Source: Myxococcota bacterium
Lineage (GTDB): Bacteria; Myxococcota_A; UBA796; CAJQPC01
Reading direction: 5' to 3'
NCBI GenBank assembly: GCA_036229005.1
Contig: JAZAMN010000040.1
Coordinates: 1-64,000 of the forward strand
Length of the DNA: 64,000 bases
In this document: positions 9,925 to 21,869 of the stretch, piece by piece
Numbering within the stretch: position 1 is the stretch's first letter
Layout of the letters: each line of letters begins with the position of its first letter
The notes under the pieces: model-generated
What the model saw: the letters and a program-made list of their open reading frames with translations, nothing else
The model's database searches: none
Told to the model about the DNA's origin: nothing
Made by a program: the position numbers and the translations under genes

Positions 9925-10587
9925 CTAGCCAAAGATCTCTTCGACCCGGCGCAGCTCTCCGTAGACGATGAGCTTGTCGCCCCACTTGAACTCCATGTCC
10001 GGGTGGGGCACCGGGTTGACGCCGTCGCGGCCCTCGACGCTGAGCACCGTGAGCTGCCGGTCCCGCAGGCCCGACTCGCGCAGGGTCTTGCCGGCCAGCC
10101 TGGAGCGCTCGTTCACCGCGACCTTGCTCACGCCGTAGCCCGGCGCGATGGTGAGCAGGTCGTCGTGGGGCAGCGGGTTGCTGGGGAAGCGGCGAGCCAC
10201 CCAGCGCCGCACCGGCTGGTCCAGGAAGCGCAGCACGCCGCGGCGGATCAGGAAGAAGATCGCCAGCGTGACCACCGCCAGCACCGCCAGGTTCAGCACC
10301 GTCTGGCCGAAGGAGTCCACGTCCACCGAGCGCACCAGGGTCGCCACCACGGTCGCGGTCCCGGCGTAGCCGAACACGATCAGGATGGTCGTGATCTGCC
10401 GCCGCAGCGGGTGGCGCAGCACGCGCTCGGACTCGCGGGTGGTGAAGCCCGTGCCCGTGAACGCGCTCAGGGCCTGGAAGTGCGCGGTCTCGCGGTCCAG
10501 CCCGGTGAGCTCATACGCGGTGCCGCCCGCCAGAACGATCACGTACGCGATGAAGCACATGACGATGAGGGCGACGACTGAACCCAT
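9925..10587 (-). CDS. Two-TM/pore-loop membrane protein with C-terminal TrkA-C (RCK_C) domain
   Basis: [18 protein letters not shown] pore-like motif; [14 protein letters not shown]...VLSVE...GDKLIVYG. Confidence 0.8.
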   Translation of the reverse strand: MGSVVALIVMCFIAYVIVLAGGTAYELTGLDRETAHFQALSAFTGTGFTTRESERVLRHPLRRQITTILIVFGYAGTATVVATLVRSVDVDSFGQTVLNLAVLAVVTLAIFFLIRRGVLRFLDQPVRRWVARRFPSNPLPHDDLLTIAPGYGVSKVAVNERSRLAGKTLRESGLRDRQLTVLSVEGRDGVNPVPHPDMEFKWGDKLIVYGELRRVEEIFG

Positions 10588-10684
10588 GGATGTTGGCGCA
10601 CTCCAGACCGCGTGGCGGCCAAGCATAACCAAAGACGGCGATCGCCGAAGCGTGTCCTCGCCTGCAACCTTGCTTGTCATTCAA

Positions 10685-10694
10685 TTGTGCACAA
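10685..10694. promoter_or_regulatory. Palindrome TTGTGCACAA in the AT-rich divergent promoter of the glutathione peroxidase gene; candidate MarR/OhrR-type operator
   Basis: Perfect 10-bp palindrome within TCAATTGTGCACAAGCTATTG, ~35 bp upstream of the ATG. Confidence 0.5.
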
Positions 10695-10729
10695 GCTATT
10701 GTCTCCAAGTTGAACCCAGGAGTCTCCCC

Positions 10730-11212
10730 ATGACCAAGCTCGACCTCTCCACCCCCGTGACCACTCTGGGTGGCCAGGACACCGACCTGAGCGCCTACCA
10801 GGGCAAGGTGCTGCTCATCGTCAACACCGCCTCCAAGTGCGGCCTCACCCCCCAGTACGAGGGCCTGGAGGCGCTCTACAAGGAGTACGCCGACCAGGGC
10901 CTGGAGATCCTGGGCTTCCCCTGCAACCAGTTCGGCAAGCAGGAGCCCGGCAGCGCCGAGGACATCCAGGAGTTCTGCCAGCTCAACTACGGCGTGAGCT
11001 TCCCCATGCACGCCAAGATCAACGTCAACGGCCCCGAGACCCACCCCCTCTACACCCAGCTCAAGACCGCGGCCCCCGGCCTGCTGGGCTCCAAGGGCAT
11101 CAAGTGGAACTTCACCAAGTTCCTGATCGACCGCGACGGGAACATCGTGAAGCGCTTCGCGCCGCAGACCAAGCCCGAAGACCTGGTCGGGGACATCAAG
11201 AAGCTGCTCTGA
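10730..11212 (+). CDS. Glutathione peroxidase (Cys-type)
   Basis: [47 protein letters not shown]. Confidence 0.97.
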   Translation: MTKLDLSTPVTTLGGQDTDLSAYQGKVLLIVNTASKCGLTPQYEGLEALYKEYADQGLEILGFPCNQFGKQEPGSAEDIQEFCQLNYGVSFPMHAKINVNGPETHPLYTQLKTAAPGLLGSKGIKWNFTKFLIDRDGNIVKRFAPQTKPEDLVGDIKKLL

Positions 11213-11214
11213 GG

Positions 11215-13455
11215 CTACGGGGCGCTGGGCTCCAGCTTGATGTCGTCAAAGAGCAGGTACCAGATGTCGCTGCCGTAGCCGCCGGTGGCCAAGGAGACGT
11301 AGACCTCGTCGGGGAACTCCGTCTCCGGGACGCTGTAGTCCAGCCGGGCGGTCTGCCACGGGGTCTCTCGCCAGCCGTTGTCGACCATGTCCGCGCAGAT
11401 CTGTGACCAGCTCAGGTGGAGCAGGCTCTCCCGCTCTTCGATGGTGTCGTGGCGGGCGATCAGGTATTGCGGGTTCGACGCGGAGCAGCTTCCAGCCTCC
11501 CGGGTGACGGCGCGCCAACTGAAGCTGAGGGTGACGTCCTCTCCCGGGTAGAGGCAGACGGGGTTGCGCATGGACGCGTAGGTCTTGGTCTCACCGTCCT
11601 TGAGGTAGAGCACGCCCATCTTGCTCCCGGACTGGGCCACGTACCCCAGCACGCCCGAGGTCACACTGAGCGGGTCCCCTGCCCCGCCGATCCAAGGCGA
11701 GACGCCGTCCTCGAAGCCACCGTTCTCCAGGGCGGACGAAGCCATGCGGGTGGGGCTTCCGAATCCCACGGGGCTGGCGTCCTTCTGGGTCCACATGTCC
11801 TGCACGGCCTGGCCGGCCTGCTCGCTGTCCTGCCACTCGAAGATGGCCTCCCAGAAGGCGATGCCCGAGCTGAGCGACTGGTCAAAGCGGATGGAGCGCT
11901 TCACGCCCCGCACACCACCGGCGCCCGCAAAGAGCAGGCTGGCGGCCGGCTCCCGCGTGGTCCCGGTGTTGCAGGCGTCCAGGACGACGATGGAGTTGGG
12001 CAGGAAGGCGTTGGTCTGGATGGACAGCGCCTGGACCCAAGGCCCGGACCAGGCCAGCCAGTTGGCGCGCTTCCAACGGAAGACCGCCAGGGTGCCGCCC
12101 AGGTATTCGCGGGCGCTGCGGTTGATGTTCTCCAGGGTGGCGGGCTCCCGAGAGACGACCACGCCCTGGCCCCTCCGGCTGATCTCCACGCCCTCGATGG
12201 CCGCCCCCCGTCGCCGGGGACGCAAGCGCAGCAGGGTGCCGTGGCTGTTGACGTGGACGAGTCCGGCGCCGAACAAGGCCTGCGCCGTGGTGAGCAGATC
12301 GGCGCTGCTGTTGGAGGGGTTGCTGGCGTTGCCGACCTGGGGGCAGGTGGCCTGGCCGGCCATCTCCATCAGCTCGGGGCCGGACTCGAAGGCGTTGAAC
12401 TCATCGGCCCAAGGCGAGACCACGACCAGGTCGTTGTTCTCGGTGGCCAGCGCGCCGGTCCCGCTGAGCTGCGCACGCTCCGTCCCCAGCGTGAGGGCGC
12501 CGTCGTAGTTGAGGCCGGAGCCCCCGCCGCCCTTGTACTCGGCCTCGGGCGCGAGCAGGCCAAAGTGCACGCCGTTCTCGAAGATGGCCTCCACGGCGCT
12601 CTCAGGGGTCAACAGGGTCCCCAGCACGCGGGGATCCGCGGCCAACACACGCTGCGCGGCGAGCAGCCCGGCCTGGGGATCCGACTCCGCGAGCTGCGCG
12701 GTCTCAGCGGCATCGAGCAGCGCGTTGATGGCCTCCAGGCTGTCCTGGACGGTGTTTTCGACGACCGCCAGTTCAACGGGCGGGGTCCCGTGCTCAGCCC
12801 CCCCGACCCGCGCCACGGCGCGCACGGAGTAGGTCTCGGGGAGGTCAAGGGTGAGCTCAGCCTCTCCTCGCCAGCGCCCATCGCCTTGATCGCTCAGGGT
12901 GACCCAGGTCTCCAACAGTGTGCCCGACTCGTCCGCGGGCCCAACGACCACCTCGTCCGCGTCCCCGGACAGCCACACCTGGGCCGCCAGCGTCGAGGGC
13001 TCGCCGGCGAGCAGCAGCGGCGCGCTCAGCACCAGGTGCCCGTCCAGCGGAGAGCCCTCGGAGAAGCTGACCAGCAGGGTGTCGCTGTCCTCCTGCCCAT
13101 CACCATCCACCGCGACCACCCGCAGCGTGTTGTCCCCCTCGGAGAGCGGGACATCCGCCACGGTCCACGGCGACCCCACCGGGATGCTGCCGCTCTGATC
13201 GCCGCTCTCCCAGGTCAGCGAGACCACGCTGTCATCGGCCACCCCGACCAGCGTCACGCTCGAAGCTCCGGTGGCCAGCGCCTCTCCGTAGTTGGGGCCG
13301 GTGATCTCGACCAGGGGGGCCAGAGGCTCCTCCAGGATCCCGGGCAGCGCGCCGGTGTCCTGGGTGTCCGCCGTGTCATCGCTGCTGTCGACCGGGTCCT
13401 CCTGCGTCGAGGGCCGGTTGGATGGGCAGGCGAGAAGCAGAGCGAGCAGGAACAT
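11215..13455 (-). CDS. Multidomain lipoprotein: Ig-like domains, clan CD (CHAT/caspase-like) His-Cys region, C-terminal NGGFE beta-sandwich
   Basis: MFLLALLLAC; VPLSEGDNTLRVVAVD (Ig-like); VHVNSHG and SIVVLDACNTG; LENGGFEDG. Confidence 0.6.
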   Translation of the reverse strand: MFLLALLLACPSNRPSTQEDPVDSSDDTADTQDTGALPGILEEPLAPLVEITGPNYGEALATGASSVTLVGVADDSVVSLTWESGDQSGSIPVGSPWTVADVPLSEGDNTLRVVAVDGDGQEDSDTLLVSFSEGSPLDGHLVLSAPLLLAGEPSTLAAQVWLSGDADEVVVGPADESGTLLETWVTLSDQGDGRWRGEAELTLDLPETYSVRAVARVGGAEHGTPPVELAVVENTVQDSLEAINALLDAAETAQLAESDPQAGLLAAQRVLAADPRVLGTLLTPESAVEAIFENGVHFGLLAPEAEYKGGGGSGLNYDGALTLGTERAQLSGTGALATENNDLVVVSPWADEFNAFESGPELMEMAGQATCPQVGNASNPSNSSADLLTTAQALFGAGLVHVNSHGTLLRLRPRRRGAAIEGVEISRRGQGVVVSREPATLENINRSAREYLGGTLAVFRWKRANWLAWSGPWVQALSIQTNAFLPNSIVVLDACNTGTTREPAASLLFAGAGGVRGVKRSIRFDQSLSSGIAFWEAIFEWQDSEQAGQAVQDMWTQKDASPVGFGSPTRMASSALENGGFEDGVSPWIGGAGDPLSVTSGVLGYVAQSGSKMGVLYLKDGETKTYASMRNPVCLYPGEDVTLSFSWRAVTREAGSCSASNPQYLIARHDTIEERESLLHLSWSQICADMVDNGWRETPWQTARLDYSVPETEFPDEVYVSLATGGYGSDIWYLLFDDIKLEPSAP

Positions 13456-13530
13456 GAAAGGCCTCCGGCGCGCAGACTATCCCAGCGCTGCACCTAGGCA
13501 CTTTCGCGGCATTTCAGGCGGGAGATCGAG

Positions 13531-13797
13531 GGCCAGGCGCTCTGAGTGAGCGGTCCTGGGAGGCTACGGGGACTCGGTGAGCGATCCGGCCACCGATCGG
13601 CTGGAAACTGCACCGTTCAGAGGGCCAGGCGGGCCCTTTACGGCGATTCGGGACGCAATAGCGCCTCTGGGAGCGGCAAGAGCGCTCACCGGTCGGGGGT
13701 AGCCTCAGGGAAGCGCTCACTGACGGGGCGTAGCCTGGGGGTGGCGCTCATTCAGTAGGCGTAGCCAGGGGCGGGTGCTCACTCAGACGGCGTAGCC
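13531..13797. repeat. Bipartite inverted array of 31-bp-period degenerate repeats (2 copies, ~98 bp gap, 4 inverted copies)
   Basis: GGC(T/C)A(C/G)-N11-GAGCG at 13531 and 13562; G(C/T)GCTCA...GTAGCC at 13682, 13713, 13744, 13775. Confidence 0.8.
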
Positions 13798-13850
13798 GCT
13801 GATTTGACCTCGCTGGTGGGGGGCCTCAAGTCGGGTGGGGCCCCAGAGGC

Positions 13851-13885
13851 AAAAGAGGTGGACCCCAAATCGGAGCCCACCTCTT
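13851..13885 (-). terminator. Rho-independent terminator downstream of fadA
   Basis: Minus strand GAGGTGGGCTCC-GATTT-GGGGTCCACCTC followed by TTTT. Confidence 0.7.
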
Positions 13886-13946
13886 CACCTCGACTCCCCC
13901 GCTGGCCGCCGAGTCACACCCGACCGCCAGCGAGGAAAGACTGGGA

Positions 13947-15128
13947 TCAGCCTTCCCGTTCGAAGACCGCAGCCGCGCCCATGCCGCCGCCGATGCACAT
14001 GGACACCACGCCGTAGCGGGAGCCGCGGCGCTTCATCTCGTGCAGCAGGGTGGCGGTCAGCTTGGCGCCGGTGCAGCCCAGGGGGTGGCCCAGGGCGATG
14101 GCGCCGCCGTTGACGTTGACCTTGTCCATGTCCAGACCCAGCTCGCGGGTGCAGTACACGGCCTGGCTGGCGAAGGCCTCGTTGATCTCGAAGAGATCGA
14201 CGTCCTCGATCTTGATGCCGGCCTTCTCCACGGCGGCCGGGATGGCCTCCTTGGGGCCGATGCCCATGATCTCGGGGTCCACGCCCACGACCTGGTAGCT
14301 GCGCAGGACGCCCAGGATGGGCATGCCCAGCTCCTCGGCCTTCTCGCGCGCCATGATCAGGGTGACGGACGCGCCGTCGCTGGTCTGGCTGGCGTTGCCG
14401 GCGGTGGTGGTGCCGTTCACGGCGAACACGGGGCGCAGCTTGGCCAGGCCCTCGACGCTGGTGTCGGGACGGACGCCCTCGTCGGTGTCGACGGTGACCT
14501 CCTGCCAGGCGCCGTCGCGGTAGACGCGGGTCGTCACGGGGATGATCTCCTCCTTGAACTTGCCCGACTCGATGGCCGCAGCGGCCTTCTTGTGGGAGCT
14601 CACGGCGAAGGCATCCTGCTCTTCCCGGGTCACGTTGAACTGCTTGGCCACGTTCTCGGACGTGATCCCCATCGGGGCGTAGATGCCGGGACGGGTCTCC
14701 ATCAGCGAGGGGTTGGGGCTGGGCCGGTCACCGCCCATCTTGAGCTGGGACATGGACTCGACGCCGCCGGTGAGGGCGACATCCTGCCAGCCAGCCAGGA
14801 TGGCCGAGGCACCCTGCGCCAGGGACTGGAGTCCGCTGGAACAGAAGCGGTTGATGGTCATGGCGGGGACGGAGTCCGGCAGACCGGCGCCCAGGGCGGC
14901 GTTGCGGGCCACGTTCAGACCCTGCTCGCCTTCCGGGGTCGCGGTCCCGATGATCACGTCGCCGATGAGCGAGGTGTCGAACTCGGGGACCTTCTCCAGC
15001 ATGCCCTTGATGGCAGCCATCAAGAGGTCGTCGGGGCGGGTGTCCTTGAAGGAGCCGCGCTTGCCAGACTTGCCAACGGCGGTGCGCACAGCGGCGACCA
15101 CCACCACATCACGGGGGTTCTTGCTCAT
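13947..15128 (-). CDS. fadA: Acetyl-CoA C-acyltransferase (thiolase)
   Basis: INRFCSSGLQ, EINEAFA, NVNGGAIALGHPLG, SMCIGGGMG. Confidence 0.95.
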   Translation of the reverse strand: MSKNPRDVVVVAAVRTAVGKSGKRGSFKDTRPDDLLMAAIKGMLEKVPEFDTSLIGDVIIGTATPEGEQGLNVARNAALGAGLPDSVPAMTINRFCSSGLQSLAQGASAILAGWQDVALTGGVESMSQLKMGGDRPSPNPSLMETRPGIYAPMGITSENVAKQFNVTREEQDAFAVSSHKKAAAAIESGKFKEEIIPVTTRVYRDGAWQEVTVDTDEGVRPDTSVEGLAKLRPVFAVNGTTTAGNASQTSDGASVTLIMAREKAEELGMPILGVLRSYQVVGVDPEIMGIGPKEAIPAAVEKAGIKIEDVDLFEINEAFASQAVYCTRELGLDMDKVNVNGGAIALGHPLGCTGAKLTATLLHEMKRRGSRYGVVSMCIGGGMGAAAVFEREG

Positions 15129-15139
15129 GGTGCTGCTCC

Positions 15140-17497
<2,358 letters not shown>

Positions 17498-17523
17498 TAA
17501 GACCTCCACCGGCCACGCCGGAT

Positions 17524-17541
17524 TGAGTGAATGCTCATTCA
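17524..17541. promoter_or_regulatory. TetR-family FadR(YsiA)-like operator upstream of fadN
   Basis: TGAGTGAATGCTCATTCA, an imperfect 18-bp palindrome resembling TGAATGANTANTCATTCA. Confidence 0.65.
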
Positions 17542-17637
17542 GTTTCGGATCAGAACCTTAGCCGCCTTGAGGCGCTTGGCAAGCGCGCGGCGAACAAAGT
17601 CCTCAACCCTGCCCTCTGCGCTACCGATGACCGGAAC

Positions 17638-18441
17638 ATGCCGCTACGACTCCCTGGCCCTCTGCAGCGCTGGCTGCTCCCCGAGGACCCCACCCAAAGC
17701 CGCACCCCGCGCTCCCAGGCCCTGGCCTGGCACAGCGTCCTGGTGGGCCTCATCAGCCTGGGGGCGGGCGGCTGGTTGGCGGTCCAGGGGACGATCCTCA
17801 CCACGATCCCTGGGGTGGCCCTCTCTGCCTCCATCGCCGCTCTGGCGCTCAACCGAGGTCATCGGGTGCGCGCCGGCGAGCGGACCCTGGTGCTGGGCAG
17901 CGTGGTGCCGCTGATCGTCGCGGCCGCCTCCGGCCATTGGCCTGTGCCCATGGCCGCGCTGCTCCCGGGTGTCCTCGCTGTGGGCGCTCAGCTCCTGCAC
18001 CGTCCGGAGGCCCAGCCGGCCGAGGTGGTGACCCCCAGAGCTCCGGCGGCCACGATCCCTCCCCAGGACCGCCGCCTGCGCGTGCTGGTGGTCGACGACA
18101 TCCCCATGAACCGGCAGGTCGTGGTCTCCATGCTGGAGGGCCGCGGGCTGGAGCTGGTGCAGGCGGAGTCGGGCGAGCAGGCGCTCAAGCTGCTGCTCAC
18201 CATGCCCATCGATCTGGTGTTCCTGGACGTGCACATGCCTGAGATGGACGGCATCGAGGTGGCCCGGCGGCTGCGCGAGCGCGGGGATCACGTGCCCGTG
18301 GTGGCCCTGACGGCCGACTCGATCGCCGGCACCCGGGAGCGCTGCCTGGCGGCCGGGATGGACGCCTTCGTGAACAAGCCGGCGCCGCCCCAGGAGCTCT
18401 TTGGGCTGGTCGAGGGGCTGGCCGGCGCGCGGCTGAACTGA
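17638..18441 (+). CDS. Membrane-anchored single receiver (REC) domain protein
   Basis: About 4 hydrophobic helices, then RVLVVDD, DLVFLDVHMPEMDG, VALTA, GMDAFVNKP; start uncertain. Confidence 0.8.
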   Translation: MPLRLPGPLQRWLLPEDPTQSRTPRSQALAWHSVLVGLISLGAGGWLAVQGTILTTIPGVALSASIAALALNRGHRVRAGERTLVLGSVVPLIVAAASGHWPVPMAALLPGVLAVGAQLLHRPEAQPAEVVTPRAPAATIPPQDRRLRVLVVDDIPMNRQVVVSMLEGRGLELVQAESGEQALKLLLTMPIDLVFLDVHMPEMDGIEVARRLRERGDHVPVVALTADSIAGTRERCLAAGMDAFVNKPAPPQELFGLVEGLAGARLN

Positions 18442-18444
18442 GCG

Positions 18445-20022
18445 CTACTCCCCCTGGAGCTCGGCGAGCAGGGCCTCGGTCTGGGTGACGTAGCGGTGGC
18501 TGCGTACCTGGAGCTCGGGATCGGGGCGCTCAAAGCTGCCCAGCTCGGTCTCCAGCACGGCGATGGCGGCCTCGCGGTCCCCGGCCCCGTCCATGAGGCG
18601 GGCCAGGCGCATCGCGGCGCGCAGGCGCTGGTCCCCGTAGCTCAAGGCCAGGGCGGCGTGGGCATAGGGCAGCCCCTCGTCGTAGCGCTCCTGACGGAGC
18701 AGCAGCCCGGCGGCGGCGTGGAAGAAGGTGAGCTCGTGGGGGTACTCGCCGCAGGCCTCCTGGAGCAGGCTGAGGGCGCGCTCGGGCTGACCGGCGTCCT
18801 CGTAGAGCCCGGCCAGGGCGGTCCAGTGGGCGCGGTCCAGCTCGGGGTCACCGACCAGCGCAGACTCCAGGGTGGCGGCGGCGGCGGCGTTCAGGGCCTG
18901 GGTGACGGCGGGGTCCCCGGCGAACTGGGCCTGGAGGTGCAGCAGGAAGGCGGTGTCGACCACGCTGTCGCTGGCGAGGATGGCCTTGGAGGCGGCGGCG
19001 AAGAAGGCCCCGTTGTCCTCGCTGGTGCGCTCCAGTGACAAGAGGCCCCAGCCCCACTCCAGGATGCGGGTCGGTGCGGACTCAGCCAGCCAGCGGGCGT
19101 CCTCCACCTCTCCCAAGAGATCGAAGCGGGCGATGCGGGCGTCGGCGTGGTCGAGCACGCCCGGGAGCTCCAGCAGATCCAGGGCCTCCTGATCTTGCTT
19201 GAGGCCCGCGAGTCGAAGGGCCAGCGCGGCCTGCTGCTGGGGGGTGGTGGCCTGGGCGCGCTGCTCGTCCAGGGAGAGGAGCTGGCCTTGGGCGGCCTCG
19301 GCGAGCCAGCCCTCGAAGTCCTCGCGGCTCTCGTAGCCGACGCGGCGGTCCACCTCGCTCCCGTCGGCGCGGGCCAGGACGACGGTGGGGTAGCCGCCCA
19401 CCTGGTAGCGGTCCTTCCAGGCCCAGCTCGCGGGGGTGTCGGCGTCGAGCAGGACCACGTGGAAGTCGTCCAGCACGGGGCGATCGGCGTGGAGGACCTC
19501 GGCGGCCAGGGCGTTGCAGGGCGGGCACCAGACTGCGGAGAAGTCCAGCAGGACCAGCTTGTCGTCGGCGAGCGCGGCCTGGAAGGCGTCCTCGGGGGAG
19601 AAGGCGGGGGGCTCGGGCTGGTCCTCACCCAGGTTCTCGGGGATGACGGGGTGGACGGCCAGCCAGGTCTGGCCCTTGCGGCCGTCGATCTGGCCGATGA
19701 AGCCCATGGAGACGGGTCGGCAGGCGGTGCCGCCGTTCTCGCAGAGGCTGAGGGAGAGCTCGCCCTGGACGGTGTGGGGGCCGTCGCCGGGGAGGGTCAG
19801 GCCCACGCCCTGCGCGAAGCTCTGGCCGCTGCCTTCGACGCTCAGGTGGCGGCCGTCGACCTCCAGCCAGCCGCCCATGGGGGCCTCGGGGGCCAGATGC
19901 TCGCCGGCGGGCGGGTCGATGACGAGCTGCCCCAGGTCCTTCTTCCACGCGATGTAGAGCGTGGGGAGCTGGCCGGTGTCCTCGGCCTGGGCGAAGGGGA
20001 CGAGCAGGGTGAGCCAGTTCAT
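18445..20022 (-). CDS. Secreted thioredoxin-domain protein with DsbD-N-like start and TPR-like C-terminus
   Basis: LLDFSAVWCPPC, YQVGGYPTVV; signal MNWLTLLVPFAQA; SLCENGGTAC. Confidence 0.8.
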   Translation of the reverse strand: MNWLTLLVPFAQAEDTGQLPTLYIAWKKDLGQLVIDPPAGEHLAPEAPMGGWLEVDGRHLSVEGSGQSFAQGVGLTLPGDGPHTVQGELSLSLCENGGTACRPVSMGFIGQIDGRKGQTWLAVHPVIPENLGEDQPEPPAFSPEDAFQAALADDKLVLLDFSAVWCPPCNALAAEVLHADRPVLDDFHVVLLDADTPASWAWKDRYQVGGYPTVVLARADGSEVDRRVGYESREDFEGWLAEAAQGQLLSLDEQRAQATTPQQQAALALRLAGLKQDQEALDLLELPGVLDHADARIARFDLLGEVEDARWLAESAPTRILEWGWGLLSLERTSEDNGAFFAAASKAILASDSVVDTAFLLHLQAQFAGDPAVTQALNAAAAATLESALVGDPELDRAHWTALAGLYEDAGQPERALSLLQEACGEYPHELTFFHAAAGLLLRQERYDEGLPYAHAALALSYGDQRLRAAMRLARLMDGAGDREAAIAVLETELGSFERPDPELQVRSHRYVTQTEALLAELQGE

Positions 20023-20041
20023 GGGGACCTCCGAGCGGGAT

Positions 20042-20908
20042 CTATCCGGTAGGACGCCCGGCGTAGACCTCGGCTTCCAGGCCCAGCGCGCGGACGGCGG
20101 CGGCGATGCGCTCCAGTTCAGGGGTCGGCAGCATCTGGAGGGCGGGGCGCGCGGGCACGCGGGCGATGCTGTAGACCTGCACCAGCTCGATCTCCCCTCC
20201 CCCCTCGATCACGCGCTGGAGGCGGCCCAGCCAGGCCTGGATCTCGGCCTCCGCGGGGCCCAGCTCGTGGAAGCGCAGGAACATGGACTGGATGACCAGC
20301 GGGCGGGCGCGCGCGGCGGCGAGCAGGTTGTCCAGCACCCGCTTGAAGGGCAGCGTGGTGCCGTTGACGAACTGGAAGTAGGACTCGGTGCCGGCGTCCA
20401 GCTTGAACCAGACGCGGCCGCCCAGGCGGTCCAGGACGCTCAGGGCGCGCTGCGATTCGGGCCGGTGGAGGAGGGTGCCGTTGCTCAGCACGATGGGCTG
20501 CACACCGCTCAGGCCGTGGTCCTCCAGCAGCCCCCCGACGGCCTCCAGGGCATCGGCGAGGCCCCTGTACGAGAAGGGCTCGGCGTCCCCGGCGAACGCG
20601 ACGTCGTTGACCCGGCGCAGGTGGGGGGCCACGGTGTCGAAGGGGGCGTGCGCCCAGATCTCGCCCGAGGCGGCGAGGGCCAGCAGGCCGTCCAGCTCCT
20701 GCACCAGCCCGGGCAGGTCCACCGCCTTGAGGGCCGAGGGCTCCCGGCGGTCCACCTGGCAGTAGGGACAGTCGAAGTTGCAGGCCTTGTCGGGGTTGAC
20801 GTTCACGCCGACGCTGAGGCCCTTCGAGCGCCTGGAGACCACGGGGTAGACGTAGCGGTTGTCCCAGAGGACGCGGCGGTGGTCGCTGAAGTCGAGGGTG
20901 CGTGCCAT
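20042..20908 (-). CDS. Radical SAM protein (COG0731-like)
   Basis: YPVVSRRSKGLSVGVNVNPDKACNFDCPYCQV (CxxxCxxC), FAGDAEP, KLDAG. Confidence 0.9.
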   Translation of the reverse strand: MARTLDFSDHRRVLWDNRYVYPVVSRRSKGLSVGVNVNPDKACNFDCPYCQVDRREPSALKAVDLPGLVQELDGLLALAASGEIWAHAPFDTVAPHLRRVNDVAFAGDAEPFSYRGLADALEAVGGLLEDHGLSGVQPIVLSNGTLLHRPESQRALSVLDRLGGRVWFKLDAGTESYFQFVNGTTLPFKRVLDNLLAAARARPLVIQSMFLRFHELGPAEAEIQAWLGRLQRVIEGGGEIELVQVYSIARVPARPALQMLPTPELERIAAAVRALGLEAEVYAGRPTG

Positions 20909-20995
20909 GGGTGGCCTTGTATCCGTGATTCCGATAGGACGCGGCCCCAGTGCTATTTCGGCCCACAGATCCGGGCTGTGACTTTTGGAGCTCCC

Positions 20996-21865
20996 ATGTC
21001 CCTGCTGCTGTCCCTCGCCCTCGCCTGCACCCAGCCCCACGTGCCCGGTGAGCTCCCCCGCACCGGCGAGGTCCTGGAGACCGTCAACGGCAAGGCCGTG
21101 ACCCAGGACATGATGGACGCGCTGCTGGAGACCATGCCGGACGAGTACCGCGCGCAGCTCGAGGAGCAGGGCCAGATGGGCGTGGTCCAGGAGCAGCTCG
21201 TCACCCAGGACATGCTCTACCAGGAGGCCATGAACCGCGGCCTGCACAACGACGCGGTCGTGAAGAACATGATCGCCGTGGCCGAGCGGGAGGCTCTGAT
21301 CGAGGCGCTGCTGCGCCAGGTGGCCGAGGAGAAGACCACCGACGAGGCCCTCAAGAAGTACTACGACGAGCACGCGGTGCAGTTCCGCAAGTCCGAGGTC
21401 AACCTGGCCCAGATCGTGGTCGACTCCGAGGAGGAGGCCGCCGCCCTCAAGGCTGGCGTCGAGGCCGGCGCGGACTTCGCCACCCTGGCCTCCGAGAAGA
21501 GCCTGGACCCCATGACCAAGGCCAAGGGCGGCGAGCTGGGCTGGATCGACGCCCGTCAGCTCCCCCCCAACATCTCCATGGCCGCCGAGGGCACCCTGCT
21601 GGAGCCCATGAACCAGGGCGGCAAGTGGTACGTCATCAAGATCGCCGGCAAGCGCGATGAGGTCACCCCCTTCGAGGACGTGAAGGACCAGATCAAGTCC
21701 CAGGTCCAGAAGGAGTCCGTGACCACCTACGTGGATGAGCTCCGCGCCTCCATGACCAGCGGCGAGGGCGAGGCCACCGTGACCCCGCCCGTCCCCGGCG
21801 CCCCCGCGGCCCCCACCGCTCCGACCGCGCCCACCGCTCCCGCCGCCCCCGCCCCGGCTCACTGA
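20996..21865 (+). CDS. PpiC/parvulin-type peptidyl-prolyl isomerase lipoprotein (PrsA-like)
   Basis: MSLLLSLALAC; GADFATLASEKSLD, KGGELGW, PFEDVKDQI; C-terminal PTA repeats. Confidence 0.85.
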   Translation: MSLLLSLALACTQPHVPGELPRTGEVLETVNGKAVTQDMMDALLETMPDEYRAQLEEQGQMGVVQEQLVTQDMLYQEAMNRGLHNDAVVKNMIAVAEREALIEALLRQVAEEKTTDEALKKYYDEHAVQFRKSEVNLAQIVVDSEEEAAALKAGVEAGADFATLASEKSLDPMTKAKGGELGWIDARQLPPNISMAAEGTLLEPMNQGGKWYVIKIAGKRDEVTPFEDVKDQIKSQVQKESVTTYVDELRASMTSGEGEATVTPPVPGAPAAPTAPTAPTAPAAPAPAH

Positions 21866-21869
21866 GCCC

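Noticed and set aside
10730..11212. Selenocysteine glutathione peroxidase
   Set aside because: Active-site codon is TGC (Cys); no in-frame TGA
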